Below are positions 1-12,315 of a stretch of 64,000 bases of DNA, piece by piece. The stretch comes from an uncultured bacterium (GTDB lineage: Bacteria; Verrucomicrobiota; Verrucomicrobiia; Limisphaerales; UBA8199), in assembly GCA_963749495.1 (NCBI GenBank), contig CAVVMW010000014.1, positions 512,001 to 576,000 of the forward strand, read 5' to 3'. Below the pieces are notes generated by a model. That model ran no database searches and was not told where the DNA came from. It saw only the letters and a program-made list of their open reading frames with translations. The stretch's first letter is position 1, and the number at the start of each line of letters is the position of its first letter. The position numbers and the translations under genes are program-made.

Positions 1-2
1 GG

Positions 3-137
3 TTCTGGTCCATTGGGCCGCAGCAACGGCTGTATTGCCCGGCACCATGGCTCAAAGCCGGGACCAATGAGATCCTGGTCCTCGATCTACATTTGACTGA
101 ACCACAGCCAATCGAGGGGAAGACGGAGCGAAACTGA
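3..137 (+). CDS. C-terminal end of a GH35 beta-galactosidase (runs off window start)
   Basis: Frame from base 3 reads FWSIGPQQRLYCPAPWLKAGTNEILVLDL...ERN*, the typical GH35 C-terminal motif; TGA at 135-137. Confidence 0.75.
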   Translation, partial: FWSIGPQQRLYCPAPWLKAGTNEILVLDLHLTEPQPIEGKTERN

Positions 138-189
138 ACCCGGAGCCTAGAGGCGCGACAAGGTCGTCATCAACCAGGATGAGGTCGAG

Positions 190-1073
190 ATGAACGAGGA
201 GGCCCACGTGGAGGGACAAGACCGCCTCAGCACCAGGACCTATCATACTCGGCACGGCAAACTGACCGAGCGGCTGCGTTATCTATGGGCCGAGTCCACG
301 CTGGTTCAGGAGGTCTTCACTTTGGAGAACGCAGCCGACCCGCCGGGCGCCCTGGAGGAACTGCTGCGGGCGCGCCGCTGGCGTTTTCGGCCGGAGCGAT
401 ACGCGCGGGAACAGGCGCGCGTGGGCAAGGACGGCCTCGTCATTGCGGGCGAGTTGTGGAGCCACTCAAGGCGCTGCACCTCCTGGCCGGGGCGGTCCAA
501 GCGACCTACTTGATCGCCGACCAGCAGGAGCGAGTGCGGGAGTTGCTCGCACTGCATGAGAGAGCGCAACTCGACCTGGTGCGCCAGATGGCCGCTGCCG
601 GTGTGCCGGCGATGATGGCTATGGACAACCTGGACACGGCCTTCCACACGCCCGCTTACGTGGAAAAGTTCTCAGCGTCGTTTTATGAGAAGGCCAGCGC
701 CATTGCTCACGCGCACGGCAGCGCGTTCTTCATTCATGCTTGCGGGCGGCAACGGGCCAACCTGCGGTTGATTGATTCCTTAGGCGTGGACGGCCTGGAA
801 GGGGCGGCTTTCCCGCCCTTGGGCGATGTCGAACTGGACGAGGCCTTCCGGATGACCAGTGACCGCTTTTTGATCACCGGCGGCATCAGCGCGTTCCAGA
901 CCCGCGAATTACACTCACGCCAGGAGGTATTTAGTTATGTGCGAGGCCTGTTGGAGCGTCTCCAACCATTCGCCCACCGGTTCGTCCTGGCGTCAAGCTG
1001 CAACACCGCCATCGACGCCCCGTGGGAAACGCTCAAGCATTTCCGGGATGCCTGGCAGGAATTGGGCGGTTGA
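190..1073 (+). pseudogene. Uroporphyrinogen decarboxylase/methyltransferase (URO-D) family protein, frameshifted and probably N-truncated
   Basis: ORF 190-513 (YHTRHGKLTE) switches near 470 into ORF 285-1073 with IHACG, GVDGLE, ITGGIS, FVLASSC motifs. Confidence 0.7.
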
Positions 1074-1991
1074 TGTGTCGAGAACCTCCGCCGGTGGTGG
1101 TGAGCCGCAGAACAGGTCTGCCGGCCTGAGAGCCGCTAGGGGAAGGTCCGTCCGCCAGCCTCCGGGCTGGTGCTGTCCCGCGCCCGGAGGACCGATGCCA
1201 CCGGCCGCGCCAGACACCAGGGGAGGAGCCGGACCCAGGGCGGAGAGCCGCGCCGCTGGAGGAAACCGACCCTGGGTTGGCCGAGGCCTTCCGGCTCATC
1301 GCCGACGGCCTGCACCCGACCATCCGGGGCTTCTCGGCCTCGGTTTCTGGTTAGTCCGCCTCCGGACCACAACGAACGGCGCGGCGAATCCCAGCACCTC
1401 GAAGCCGCCGGCCAAGTCGGCCGCGTCCCAGACCGGGCCACGACGCGCCTCCAAGCAGGAACGGCCCATCGCTTGAGAATTGATTTGGGTCAGGAGCCTC
1501 GGCCTGCCATCTTCCGTCGGATCCGGTTCCAGTCGTTCCATGATTGCATCTCTTGTGCATGCGATTTTTTCGTTTGGCGCGGTTTGGAGAGGCGGCGGTC
1601 AACCGTGTGCTCCAGGCAGCCGCCGGGGCTGCGCCCCGGTTCTGGTCCCCAACAACATGTCTGTTTACTGAGACTTTTCCCTGAGAGTCCTTGCGTCCTT
1701 AGGAATGGCCTCGGCCCCCTCCTTGGCTATGTGCTGCGTAGCGCTCATGCCCCAGTCCTGCTACGTGGGTCGAGGCCCCGGGGCTCACATCGAATAGAAA
1801 GGAAAGCTAATGATCAAGAGATCGGTTATCTCGCCATAATGCACCGGTCGTCGTTCTGCGAGGCCGTGTTACCTGACATGTCCGCGATCGAGGTCCAGCG
1901 CCACGCCAAGGGGAGGGATAAGAAGCAGACTGAGGGGATTCTGGCCTTCTGATACGTGATCAGAAGGGCTTTCGCGGAGCCTCTCGAGCCA

Positions 1992-2594
1992 TCAACCGAC
2001 CCATTCGACTTCCGCCTCGATGGCCAGCCCCGTCGCTTCCTGGACGCGCCGCCGCAACTCCGTGGTCAGCTTGACCACGTCGGCCGCCGAAGCACCGAGC
2101 TGAGCCACCACCACTAGCGCCTGCTTCTCGTAAGTGCTCACCTTCCCCAGGGCAAAGCCGCGGACCTTGCAGACCTTGTCCAGAATCCATCCCAGAGGGA
2201 GTTTGATCCGGCCGTCCGGTTCGGGATGTCCTGGCAGCCCAGGGTGCTCCTGCTTGAGCTTGTCGAAGGTCTGGCGCGGCACGACAGGGTTCTTGAAAAA
2301 CGAGCCGGCAGTGCCCCAGAGCCTGCAATCCGGCAGCTTGCCCCGGCGCACCTCGACCACCGCGTTGCGCACCTGACGCAGGGTCGGCGCCGGAATGCCG
2401 TGCGCCGCGAAGTGCTCAGTCAGATAGATGTTCGACCCACCGCCCAGCACGAACAGCGGCAGCCCCCGGACCTGCGCCAACCGGAGCGCCTCCACCAGTG
2501 CGTCCTCAGACGCGACCCGGCAAAAATAGCGCGCCGGCCCACCGATCCGGAAGGTCGTAAGCGGCGCCAGAGGAACTTGTTCCTCGAATATCAT
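1992..2594 (-). pseudogene. murB: UDP-N-acetylenolpyruvoylglucosamine reductase with large in-frame internal deletion
   Basis: LTTFRIGGPARYF...LGGGSNI joined directly (about 2425) to C-terminal KLPD..GTAGSFFKNP and EAEV motifs; the FAD-binding middle is missing. Confidence 0.85.
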
Positions 2595-2699
2595 GGGACC
2601 GCAGCGTATCAAACCCGCAGCAAGAACCAAAGCACCTGTGGTTTGCGACGCTGCTGGGTAAGCTCAAAGCCCGCGCACGGCCTTGGCCGCCATCTGCTC

Positions 2700-5303
2700 C
2701 CAGAGCTGACCTGACTCGAATGGGGAACCACCTTCGCCGGAGATTCACCGAGGCGTCCAATGCGACCAACCAGGATACGGCCGCGGTGAAAAACGTTTCC
2801 ATCCAGCGCGGGCTGGTCTGACGCATCGGCGTTAAGTCTCCCGTGGAAATCCAAAGCAGATTTCCCTCAAACGACGGACGCCAGGTGTCCCAGGCATCCG
2901 GGATCCACTCCTTTGCGACCGTGCATGCCTCCACTGGCCCCGTGTCATGGGTCCGTATCTTCGACGCATCCACGTCCCATACCGGCCGAATACTGGGCCG
3001 CGCGTGCCACGCGACCCTGCGTTCATCAGGTGACACGGCAACCTCCTGAATGACCATTCCACTCTCCAGCAACTTGCCTTTGATCCGCAATTCGTCAGCA
3101 GCGTCAGCAGACTTGCCCCGCCTGTAGCTATAACCGCCTCCGATCTCAGCATCTTCAACGAGACGCCGTTCAACAAGGTCAGTACCGGTACTGACCTAGC
3201 CGGCCAAGGACCAGGCGCGGCATTTCGCCTTTGTGCACCTGGCGGAAGAACGGCGCGCTATATTCCAGTTCGAACGGAGGAAGCCGGCAAATGTCCGTTA
3301 TCCGATCCGGATCAAGATCCACGCGCGCCAGGATCATTTCAGCCTCCGTCGGATATAGCGGGGCAGCCTTCGCTCCCAGCATGGGCATCGACATGTGATT
3401 CTTGGACACGTCACGCACCACCAAGAGGGTCTTGGGGTCGAGCCAGCAAAAGGGCGGGCCGTCGGCTTCGGGAGCGCCGCCGGCGAGGAACTCCATTGCC
3501 TCTACCGATATTCCGGGGGCCTTGATCGTCCCGCCATTGACGGCGACCAGGCGTAGTTGGTACGTGGACGAAAAAGCAGAGCTGTTACTCCGGCAAAAGT
3601 ACGCCAACCATTTGTGGTCGGGAGAAACTTGGAGCACCCGAGGCCACCTGCCCAATGAACCAACAACCGGCGGGTGCGGCACTGTTGCAATGTCCCGGTA
3701 TGCCTCTGTTTCTGCGTCATAGACCCGGATCAAGGATGGAATCCAGGACGGCCCCCCTGGTTGCGAGATGAACACGTATAGCCTTCGATCGCTCCACGTG
3801 CATGAATCAATGCTCCAGTCCACCTCTTGGGCCGTTCCAGTTTCGAGGTCCACGGTTATCAGCAGGCCCAGCTTGATGGCGTAGAGCTTTCGGTTGCAGA
3901 CCCCCAACGGGTGCCAGCCAACCGACAGGTTGAATTCCGAATAGACAACCCGCGAATCGAAGCCATCGCGGGTCACCCGGACCAGAACCAGAGAATCGGA
4001 CTTGGCGCCGCCGTCAGCCCAATCATGCCGAAGGTAAAGGAAGTGCTCGTAAGAATCGGGCAAACGGGCCTGAGCTGCAGCCTGATGCGTGGAATCGGTC
4101 TCCATGGGCGCAGCGCCAACCCCGCCGCCCGCTTCGGCCTTCCCCACCGCTTTGGCGAACCGCCCAAGCGAAGCGCTCTGGCTACGAACGCCGGGCAGCA
4201 GTAGGAATCCCATGCCCAGGAGGAGGGCGAGGCCGACGGCCGAGAGCCGGTAAGCCCGCGGCAGGCGCGGGTCCAGGATGCGCGCAAAGCGACGGCCCAA
4301 GGGATGCAGGCGTTCGCCGAACCCCAGCGCTCCGGTCAGCGGCTCGGGACGGCCAAATTCAACGGCCGCACGCAGGAGCGTGTCGCAGTAGAGATCGCCG
4401 GAGGTCACTCTCCGCGCCAATAACAAATCATCGCAGCAGTCCTCCCGCGCCTTGCGCACGGCCTGGTTCAACATCCATAGCAGAGGATTGAACCACCAGA
4501 TCGCTTGCAGCCAGAGCTGCGCCCAGTTCACCCACAAGTCGCCCCGGCGGACATGGGCCAATTCATGGGCCAGGATGACCTTCAGTTCCTGTTCCGAAAG
4601 CCGCGACAGGTTCATCGCCGGCATGAGCACAGTCGGGTGAAGGACTCCGAAGGCAACGGGGGCCGCAAGCCGGTCCGAGACTCTTAGCGCGGGAATTCGC
4701 TTGATTCTCAACTCGACGGCCAGGGAGGCTCAGCATGAGGTGCAGTGGCCCCTCCGCCATCGGACGGCTGAGGCGCACCGCGCCGCGGAGGCGGCTCAAT
4801 TGCCGCGCAACCCAGGCCAGCATTGCCGCAAAGCCCGCAAGGTGCAGGAGCATGAGCCAAGCCGTCCGATGGAGTCTCGGGCCTGGAGGATCACCCGCCC
4901 GTACTGGAGTCTTGGCCGTGTGGGCGGCGAACCCGCTCCAGGCCAGTGGCCTCGCCAGGCTCAGACCGGGGCCGGGAGCCGCCTGGGCGGGAGCGCCCAG
5001 GGCGAAGTCGGAATCGCGGGCCACGACAGTCGAGGGCTGGGCCGGGTTCAGCGGGGCTGAGGCTGCCATGCGCGGACCCAGGTGGCTGAACGCCCCGAAC
5101 GGCACGGATAGGAACGGCGGGACGGCGAACTTCAACAAGGCCACCAGCAGCAGCCCGTAACGCCAGGGCGCCGGCCACTTCCGCCCCAGGGCGGCCACGC
5201 CGAGGAGGATCGCGGCCGTGAGCGCCGCCTGCCAGGTGGCGTGCAGCGTGTATTCCCACCAGGCCGGCGAACATTGGTTTAAGAAGTGGACGAGACTGTT
5301 CAT
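2700..5303 (-). pseudogene. BlaR1/MecR1-like M56 metallopeptidase with long extracellular C-terminal region, two frameshifts
   Basis: N-terminal TM part (4563-5303) shifts near 4725 into ORF with HELAH and REDCCD (3179-4711), then shifts near 3180 into the 2506-3090 frame (DLVERRLVED..ELRIKGK); 3' end approximate. Confidence 0.8.
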
Positions 5304-5707
5304 TTTGGGTCCCCCTTTTCCGAGCGGTTCTGACGCCGCAAGTCATCCAACATGGCCTGCAGCTTCTCCACCTCCCGGCCCGTGGGCGGCCGGGTCTCGA
5401 AGAGCGAAGCGACCAGCGAAACCGGGTCCCCCTGGAATACCCGGTGCACGAGGTCTCGCAGCAGATGAGTGAAAGTGGATTCCCGGGGCTTGGTGGCATG
5501 ATAGACAAAGGCCTTCCCCACAGGACCCTTCTGCTTCGCGACCAGCCGCTTTGCCTCCAGCCGCTTGAGCAAGGTGAGCACCGAACCATGGGCCATGGGC
5601 CGATAACCGCGAAGGCCCTCGCGGATCTGGCGCGCCGTGGCCCCCGGAAACCGGTAAACGCAAGCCAGCACGTCCCGCTCCGCCGGTGGCAACCGAACGT
5701 CTTTCAT
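5300..5707 (-). CDS. BlaI/MecI/CopY family transcriptional repressor
   Basis: MKDVRLPPAERDVLACVY..ATARQI..SVLTLLKRLEAKRLV..GKAFVY; stop overlaps the M56 start. Confidence 0.9.
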   Translation of the reverse strand: MKDVRLPPAERDVLACVYRFPGATARQIREGLRGYRPMAHGSVLTLLKRLEAKRLVAKQKGPVGKAFVYHATKPRESTFTHLLRDLVHRVFQGDPVSLVASLFETRPPTGREVEKLQAMLDDLRRQNRSEKGDPK

Positions 5708-5764
5708 AAAAAACCGTCTCGCCGATGGGCGGCGAAGTTCACGCCCGCCCCAAAGGCTCGGCCC

Positions 5765-5793
5765 ATTATTTAGACCTTTGTCTATTTTGTCAA
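5765..5793 (-). promoter_or_regulatory. sigma70 promoter with BlaI-type operator palindrome in the spacer
   Basis: Minus strand TTGACA-17nt-AATAAT; palindrome TAGAC-cttt-GTCTA at 5771-5784. Confidence 0.75.
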
Positions 5794-5892
5794 TAGAAAA
5801 ATCAAAAGCCGCGTAACGCCCACAATCGGGTCCGGCGGGAACTTGAAGGTGACCAGGGACTCGATTCTTGCACATAAGCTCCAGCGGCCACC

Positions 5893-7795
5893 TCACTGAT
5901 GCCACTCCCCGAGGAAGGGGGCGTAGAAGCTGCGCCACTCGCGATTGAACCATGCAGGCGAGGATGGAAAGCCCTCCTGGCCCATAGCGTCCACAGCCAC
6001 TACATAGTAGCGGCGGGTGGATTTGCCGGCAGTCGGGTCCTGGCAGGTGAGGGCGGTGATGGGTTCGGGGCTCAAACGCGAAACGGGTTCGTTGTCGTAG
6101 CGGCCGTCCATGCGATAAACCCGGTAGCCGCGGATGCCTTTTTCGAGGTTGGCGGACCACTTGAGCTGACAGGTTTGACCGGTTTCCCTGCTGAAGAGCC
6201 ATTGCGGGGAGGAGGGGATGGTGAAGCAAGCGGGTGAAGGGCCGCTCTGGAGACCCGCGGTGCTTACGGCGCGGACGCGGTAGACGAAGACCGCCAGGCG
6301 ATACGGTTTGCCGGTCATGTCCAATTCCTGGGAGGAGAACCGGCGCGTGTGAGCAGGCTCGTCCCCGGCGGGCTGTGACTTGGTGAGATCGATGGTGGTG
6401 TCGGAGAAGCGGGTCTCTTTCAGGGGAGCCGTGGTGAGCCGACTAAAAGGTCCGATGCGCTGGATGGCGCCCACAGACGGCTCAGCCAAGGGCGGAGTGT
6501 TTCTCTTGAGGCGCTGAAGTTGGTCTTCGCTCAGCACCTCGACCGCAGCTCGCTCGACGTGGTAACCGACAATAGTGGGATCGTCCGGCGGTTTCCAGTT
6601 CAGTTCCACGCGAGTGGGCGAGAGAACGGCAACAACAACGTCTTCGACCAGAGGCGGCTGAGGGTGGGCCTTTGGCGCCGGCCAACTGAACGCAAGGCCC
6701 GGCGTTGCCTGGGCGTAACGATAGGTCCAGACCTGTTGCTCGCGCGGCTTGCTGGGGCAGTTTTCCAGAATGGCGAGGTCCAGTTCAGGGGCAAACACGA
6801 TCTGGCGGGCGCGGCTGCCGGAGGGCTCGGGCTCAGGGGTGGGACTGAGTTTGGTCCACGTGTTGGCGGCGGTGTCATAGGCCCAGGTCTCGAGGCGGTG
6901 TTGCGCCTGTTCGTCCTGGCCGGTCGTCAGCTTCACGAGGGCGAGGACAATCCGGTTGAGCGGATCATACGTGAGCACGGCATCGTTTTGACTGGTAGGC
7001 GGCATCACGGCGGGCCGGGCGTCGCGCCATTCGTTCTTGCGCAGGTCATAGAGCCAGGTGTGCGGATCGTCGGTGAACTGGGCGCCAAAGAGCACGTGGA
7101 CCTTGCGCGCGGCGTCATAGGCCATCTGGCCGCCACTGCGGAATTCGGGCTGGACCTTGGGGCGCATCCAGCGCCACTCATTCAGGTAGGGATCGTAAAC
7201 GAGGGTGCCTTCCTGGCTGCCCTCGCCGCCGAACACCACCACCACTTGCTCGTCCGCGTCCCACGATGCGCAGCGCAACGGGGCCAGGTGGGGAGCAGGC
7301 AATGGCCGCAGGTTGCACCAGGTATTCTGGTCCAGGTCGTAGGTCCAGACCGAGGAGTCATTGAGGTAAAGCTCGCGCCGCCATTGCCAGCCGTGGCTGC
7401 CGCTGAAGAACGGGAAGCGAAGGTAACGGCCGCGCACCGGATCGAACACGTTTTGCGAGTTGCAGCACACCCCCGGGGGCGAAAGGTTCGGTTCCTTGAG
7501 CGTCCACCTCGCGCCGACCAAATCAAAGGTCCAGACCTCGGCTCCCTGTTCGCCGCCACCCCCTTGGTTATGTCCGCCGTAGCGGAGCAGCAGGTGATGC
7601 CTGGTGTCCCACACGCAGGCGCCTTCATAGCCCAGGCGCGGCGAGGTCGGGCTCGTGGCCAGCGGCGTGCGTTTGACCCAGGCATTGACGGGCTGATCGA
7701 GGTCGGAACCCAACGAGGTGGACGCCGTCAAAATCAGGAGCCAGGCCCAAAATCGTGTGCAAGGCCCTGCGGGCGTCGGCTGAGTTTGGGTCGGA
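5893..7795 (-). CDS. Secreted Kelch-repeat beta-propeller plus fibronectin-III-like protein (native start lost)
   Basis: Repeated YGG/FGG..W.YD...N.W units, C-terminal YRVRAV and YYVVAVD..G.E; hydrophobic signal-like segment. Confidence 0.75.
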
Positions 7796-7940
7796 TAATG
7801 GCTGAACAGCAGCGCCCAATCGTCGCAGGGCACACGTGGATGCGCCGCTCCTTGCAGCCGCTCCTGTTCCTCGAGCAAATGCTCGTGCGTCTCGATCAGC
7901 GGCGCCTGGAATACGCGCTCGGAGATCAATTTTCGGACCT
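7796..7940 (-). pseudogene. N-terminal fragment of an amidohydrolase (glucuronate-isomerase-like), fused in frame to the Kelch ORF
   Basis: APLIETHEHL...DDWALLFSHY HxH metal motif. Confidence 0.6.
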
Positions 7941-7989
7941 CAGTGGACGGAGTCGCCGCCCGCAAGTCGCACGCCAAAGGCTCCACCGC

Positions 7990-8363
7990 GTTACTCGCGC
8001 TCGGGGCGAGCGCAGGCCGAGGCGGAACGGGCGGTGCCCGAGATTTTGACGCGCCTCGAGCAACTGCTGGCGGAAACCGGCCTCAAAGACGAGGAAATCG
8101 TCCTCCGCATGACCGGCTGTCCAAACGGTTGCGACCGCCCGCTCCTCGGGGAGATCGGATTGCTCGGCAAGGCGCCCAACAAATACAACCTTTACCTTGG
8201 TTGCAGTCGGGCCGGCACGCGGCACAACCGGTTGTTCAAGGAAAGCGTCCGGACCGACGACCTTATGAGTGAGCGCCGCCCCGTATTGCTGGGCTTTGCT
8301 CAAGAACACCGGGACCGCGAACCGTTTGAGGATTTCTGTCAACGCGTGATTCTCGTGAAGTGA
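7990..8363 (+). pseudogene. cysI: C-terminal fragment of sulfite reductase hemoprotein subunit
   Basis: AEAER..P....RMTGCPNGC.RP.LGEIGLLGKAPNKYNLYLG. Confidence 0.85.
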
Positions 8364-8389
8364 CTTTCTGGCATAGTTCGCGTGCGGAA

Positions 8390-9494
8390 TCACGGCACAG
8401 GAAGCTCTTCAATCGTTTTGTTGTTCTCATCTGTCCGCCACGCTTTCCGTAGTCTCCACGGGCTGCATTTGGAGGTTCGCGTGACGGTATAGTGGCAGAC
8501 AGTTGAATCCCCCGGTTTGCGCGCAGCAAAGCCGAAGGTCTCCGGGTCGGGATGGGTCTCAAGACTGATTGTCCCTTTATCATTTTTAGACCAGCCCGGC
8601 GCCCGACCCGATTTCTTCAAACCTCTTAAGAATTCCACGGCGGCGGCAAGTCCTTCATCCAACAGCGGGCCGGCGCTGGTCTTTTTCAGATACATGATTC
8701 GTCTGGGGAAATCAAACGTGACCAGGTGCCGCGCTAAAAATCCCAGTCCAAGGATGTTTCCTTCGGTGCCGATATTGAGGTCTGTGTAGGCTTGGCCGTC
8801 CCAAACGCATTCCGGGAAATGCGCCCACGATCCTGAGGCGTGCCCCTTGAGCGCGTCTTTTTCAACCGAGCCGTCCTCGCTCCATCCGGTATCAATCAGC
8901 AATCGGGTGCTTTTGCCTCCGGCAAGGCCAGGGTGATGCGTAAAGAGCTGGCGATAGAAGGAAAGCCCGAGCGGGAAAGGCTTGCCCAACTGCGCGACGT
9001 TCAGTTGCTTGGAATCCAGAAAACGCATTTTGCCGGCTTGAAAGTCCAGTTGAATGACATAGTGCTTCAGGCACTCGATGCCCAGAATCCCCATGATGGG
9101 ATGGCCGGCCTGCCTGGATAGCGGCTGAAGATCGGCCCTGGCGCACAGCCGGCCTGTCTTCAACCGAGTGCTGCCCAGATAAAGTCTGGGTGTCCAATAA
9201 ATGCCGGATTTCTGCCTTTCGCCGCCGATCGGAACCGCCCAGGTGCCGAGCGGCAGACGGGGGCCCAGTTTCGGGCACCAGCGATTTGTCGAAAAGCGCG
9301 CCGGGCGACCCGGTGTCCACAACAAAGGGCAGCTCTTCGCCGCTCTTGAACCGCAGCGTCACAAACAGCAAGCCGCCACGGCCAGCATCCTGGTTGATGT
9401 CCACCTCCGCGGGGCCCTGCCGGTGGCTTGCTCGTTCTGTCGCGCAAGAACATAAAAACAGCAGGCCCAGAACGATAGGGAGCGCATGGGACAT
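8390..9494 (-). pseudogene. Lipoprotein with tandem retropepsin-like aspartyl protease domains, frameshifted
   Basis: Lipobox LCSC, VVDTGS in one frame; GILG, LLIDTG, ILGLGFL in the other; shift near 9273. Confidence 0.8.
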
Positions 9495-9607
9495 CTGCCG
9501 AATCGAAGTGCAGCTCCTCAGAGGGGAGGCGGTTCCGGGGACCTTGTCTTCGCTCATCGTCTGTTCTGTTGCTCGGATGATCTAAGCTTCCGCCAGGGCA
9601 TGAGTGA

Positions 9608-9635
9608 AGCATAAAAGTCGGCACTTGGATGTCAA
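9608..9635 (-). promoter_or_regulatory. Probable sigma70 promoter of the aspartyl protease gene
   Basis: TTGACA-16nt-TATGCT on minus strand. Confidence 0.5.
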
Positions 9636-9678
9636 GATCGAAACCCGGCAATTGTAATCCGCCGTAACTATTCAGGTC

Positions 9679-11131
9679 TTACGGGCCTCTGGGAGGGGCT
9701 GAGGGGATGAACGGGGTGCCGGCGACGGCCTTTTCCAGCGCGTCAAGGAGGTTGCGGCCCTGCTTGCGGCAGGTGGAGATGTAGCTGCGAATGCGCGCGA
9801 AGACCCTGGCCCCGTGCAGGGTGCGGAAACAGCCCGAGACCTTTTGGCGGGTCTTCTCCATGCGCAGGTTGCGCTCGGCGCCGTTGTTGGTGAACGGGAC
9901 TTCCTCAAAGACGGTAAAGGCCAGCACGCTCCACTCGAAGTCCTCCAGGCGATCCAGCAGGTTGGCAGCCTTGCTTTGCGCCCGGTTGCCCTGCTGGCGG
10001 GGATGGCGGCGGCGGCCCGCTTGGACAATGGCGCGATACTGGCGGCGCAGGCGCTTGAATTGCCACTCCTCCAACACGCCGTGCTTTTTGCGACGTTCCA
10101 GGCAGCCGAGCAGGAAGGCGCTCATCTGCTGGGCCCAGGCTTCGTGCTGTTCTTGCCACAGGAACTTGAGTTCGCGCAGATGGTGCTCGTTGCACAGGGC
10201 GTGCAGGCACTGGTCGTAGGTGAAATAGGGTTTCCAATGGTCGTGGATAAGGAAGCCGGTGCAGCGGGGCAGGATGCCGAAGTAATCCATCGCCTCGGTG
10301 CCGCGCTTGGGATGGACGCCGTAGAAAGTGAGGTGGGCGTTACTGACGACGTGAAGCCAGTGCAAACTCTTGGCCACGCGCAGGCCGCTCTCATCGCAAT
10401 GATTGACCGGGGCTTGGGGCAACTGTTGCCCCAGCGTTTGCTCGAAGGGGGCCAGGTGTTCGTAAGCCCGTTGATTGGCCGAGGCGATGGTCGCCTCGCT
10501 CAAGGGCTGGCCGTAGAGGTCTTGGCAGATTTGGGTCAACCGCTGATACGGGATGAAGTGCTGGTCGTTGAGATAGACCATCTGGGCCTTGAAGCGTGGG
10601 CCGTATTGGGCCGGGGCGATGACGCCCTCGGGGAACGTGGCGGTGACCCGCCGCCCGGAGACGGGGCAGCGTTTGATCTCGGCCCGGTGTTCGGTCACTT
10701 CCAGCGGCTTTTCGGGCAACTCGAAGACCTGGCGCTTCTCGTAGTCCAGGACCGGCTCGGAGCGCAAGTCCCGGCCCTGGCAAGCGCCGCAGGGACAGCG
10801 TTGGAGCCGATGCATGCGCACGTGATCCGGCTCGCGCACGGGCTGGAGGGTTCGGCCCGGATGCCCGGGCTGGCCGCCGGGCCGGCGGCCGGTTTTTTGG
10901 CGCAGGGACTTGGGGGCCGGTTTGGCCAATCCATCCGAGGCTGGGCGGTTTGCTGCTATTGGTGCTGTTGAGGGCCAGGCGGGCTTGGAGTTCTTTGACT
11001 TGACGGCGTAGCGCATCCCGTTGCCGACACACTTGCCGCAGCCTGGCCACCAGGCGCAGCGCCCACTCGACGAGCCGGGCTGGGGCCGTGCGGGCCAAGG
11101 CCAAGAGTTGCTGGCGGCTCTTCAGGCGCAT
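9679..11131 (-). pseudogene. IS66 transposase with a +1 frameshift in the NSSKPPSSD motif
   Basis: Coiled coil, NSSKPPS, shift near 10940, then GGQPGH, CDESG, CNEHHLRE, TNNGAERNLR. Confidence 0.9.
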
Positions 11132-11991
11132 AGGTGGCGGCGAAACTGCGGGTCCAGCGGATAGACCCACACCGCCTTGGGGCAGACCTGGGGCCGATTG
11201 CTCCGGTCGTTGCGGGTGCGGCCGGTCGTCTGGCCCAACGCGATCCAATTGGCGGCGCGATAACAGGCGCCGGTGAAACGGGAGGTGTCCACGAAGGTCT
11301 CCACCAGATGGAGCGGCCGGGCGTATTTGCGCTGCCAGTCCTGGGCCAGACGGCGCAAGACCAGACTCAGCGCGTGGCTGGCCAAGTTGGGCGTGGCGAC
11401 CCAGGGCAACACGATGAAACGCGTGTTGTTGGTCAGCGCCTGCAAATGCGCGCGCCGCGCGGCGGGGCTCCAGCCGATAAACTGGTCGCGGGGGGCGCAC
11501 TGCCAGGCCGCCGAGCCAAAGAGCAGGCAACTGAGCGGTCGCCCGCAGCGATCCAGCACCAGGTACTTCAGATTGAGGCCCACCGTGCCGGTGTAGCCCA
11601 GATAATGATAGCGATGCAGCAGCCAGTCGAAGAGCGGCCGTTGGTCCGGCCATTGGCTTAATTCCCGCACCTCCAGTGGCTGCAAAGCCTCCAGCGGCCC
11701 GGCGAGGCGTTGGGTGCCATGGGCCACCGGGCGCAGTTGCTGGCGGCGCATGCGATTGCAAGGCACGCAGCGGCGCGGCGGCAAGACCAGCAGGCCCCGC
11801 GCTTCCAATTTGACCAACAGCGCGCGGGCGGCCATGTCTTGGAGTCGGCCTTTGGGGTCCCGCCAAGCCCACCGTTGACACAGCGCGCGGGACAGCCTGC
11901 GGCGACTCCATTGGGGGTGCTGCCCGAGCAACTGGCGGACTTGGTCCAACTGCTCCGCACCGAGCAAACGGCCCTGCACGGTCAAGGTCAT
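11122..11991 (-). CDS. DUF4338 (DruA-like) domain protein
   Basis: YHYLGY, PRDQFIGW, NNTRF..LPW, ETFVD..RFTGACYRAANW..LGQTTGR. Confidence 0.9.
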   Translation of the reverse strand: MTLTVQGRLLGAEQLDQVRQLLGQHPQWSRRRLSRALCQRWAWRDPKGRLQDMAARALLVKLEARGLLVLPPRRCVPCNRMRRQQLRPVAHGTQRLAGPLEALQPLEVRELSQWPDQRPLFDWLLHRYHYLGYTGTVGLNLKYLVLDRCGRPLSCLLFGSAAWQCAPRDQFIGWSPAARRAHLQALTNNTRFIVLPWVATPNLASHALSLVLRRLAQDWQRKYARPLHLVETFVDTSRFTGACYRAANWIALGQTTGRTRNDRSNRPQVCPKAVWVYPLDPQFRRHLCA

Positions 11992-12124
11992 GCCCGGATG
12001 ATGGCACGAGTGGGGCCTGGAGTCCAGGTACCGGATGAGCAAAAAAGTGAGAAAAAAGCGAATCAAAGCTCGTGCGCCAACGAAGGCGGTGCTTAAATTC
12101 CCCTGATTAGACCTGAATAGTTAC

Positions 12125-12315
12125 AATCCGCCAGAACAAGGAACGGATCGTTCCACAGGAGGTTGTCAACCAGTGGGCGGAACAGCCCGGCATGCCCGCC
12201 CGACACGGCGCCGTTGCGGATGAAATCCAGCACCTCGCGCAGGGCCGTGTTCTGTTCGTAAATCTCGCGCGGCCGGTAACCGCGGGGTTGGCGTTCCAGA
12301 ACCTGCTCGGCCGTG
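12125..12315 (-). pseudogene. glgP: Internal fragment of glycogen/starch phosphorylase, hit by IS A
   Basis: TAEQV..GYRPREIY..LREVLDFIRNG..LFRPLVDNLL.NDPFLVLAD. Confidence 0.85.

Larger units (their letters stand above)
9664..12124 (-). mobile_element. IS66-family element A (DUF4338 gene + transposase)
   Basis: Perfect 16-bp IRs GTAACTATTCAGGTCT (9664-9679 / 12109-12124); 8-bp TSD AATCCGCC (9656-9663, 12125-12132). Confidence 0.95.

Noticed and set aside
1074..1960. Several overlapping Arg/Pro-rich ORFs and an inverted repeat near 1707-1778
   Set aside because: No recognisable protein or RNA motif
6520..8049. Long antisense ORFs (also 9814-10971, 24393-25784, 37234-38445, 45522-46943, 51622-53361, 56022-57302)
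   Set aside because: Shadows of real genes on the opposite strand in high-GC DNA; no motifs
10930..10950. Programmed frameshift in the IS A transposase
   Set aside because: No slippery heptamer; a single extra C within a conserved motif that is continuous in IS B, so mutation or read error
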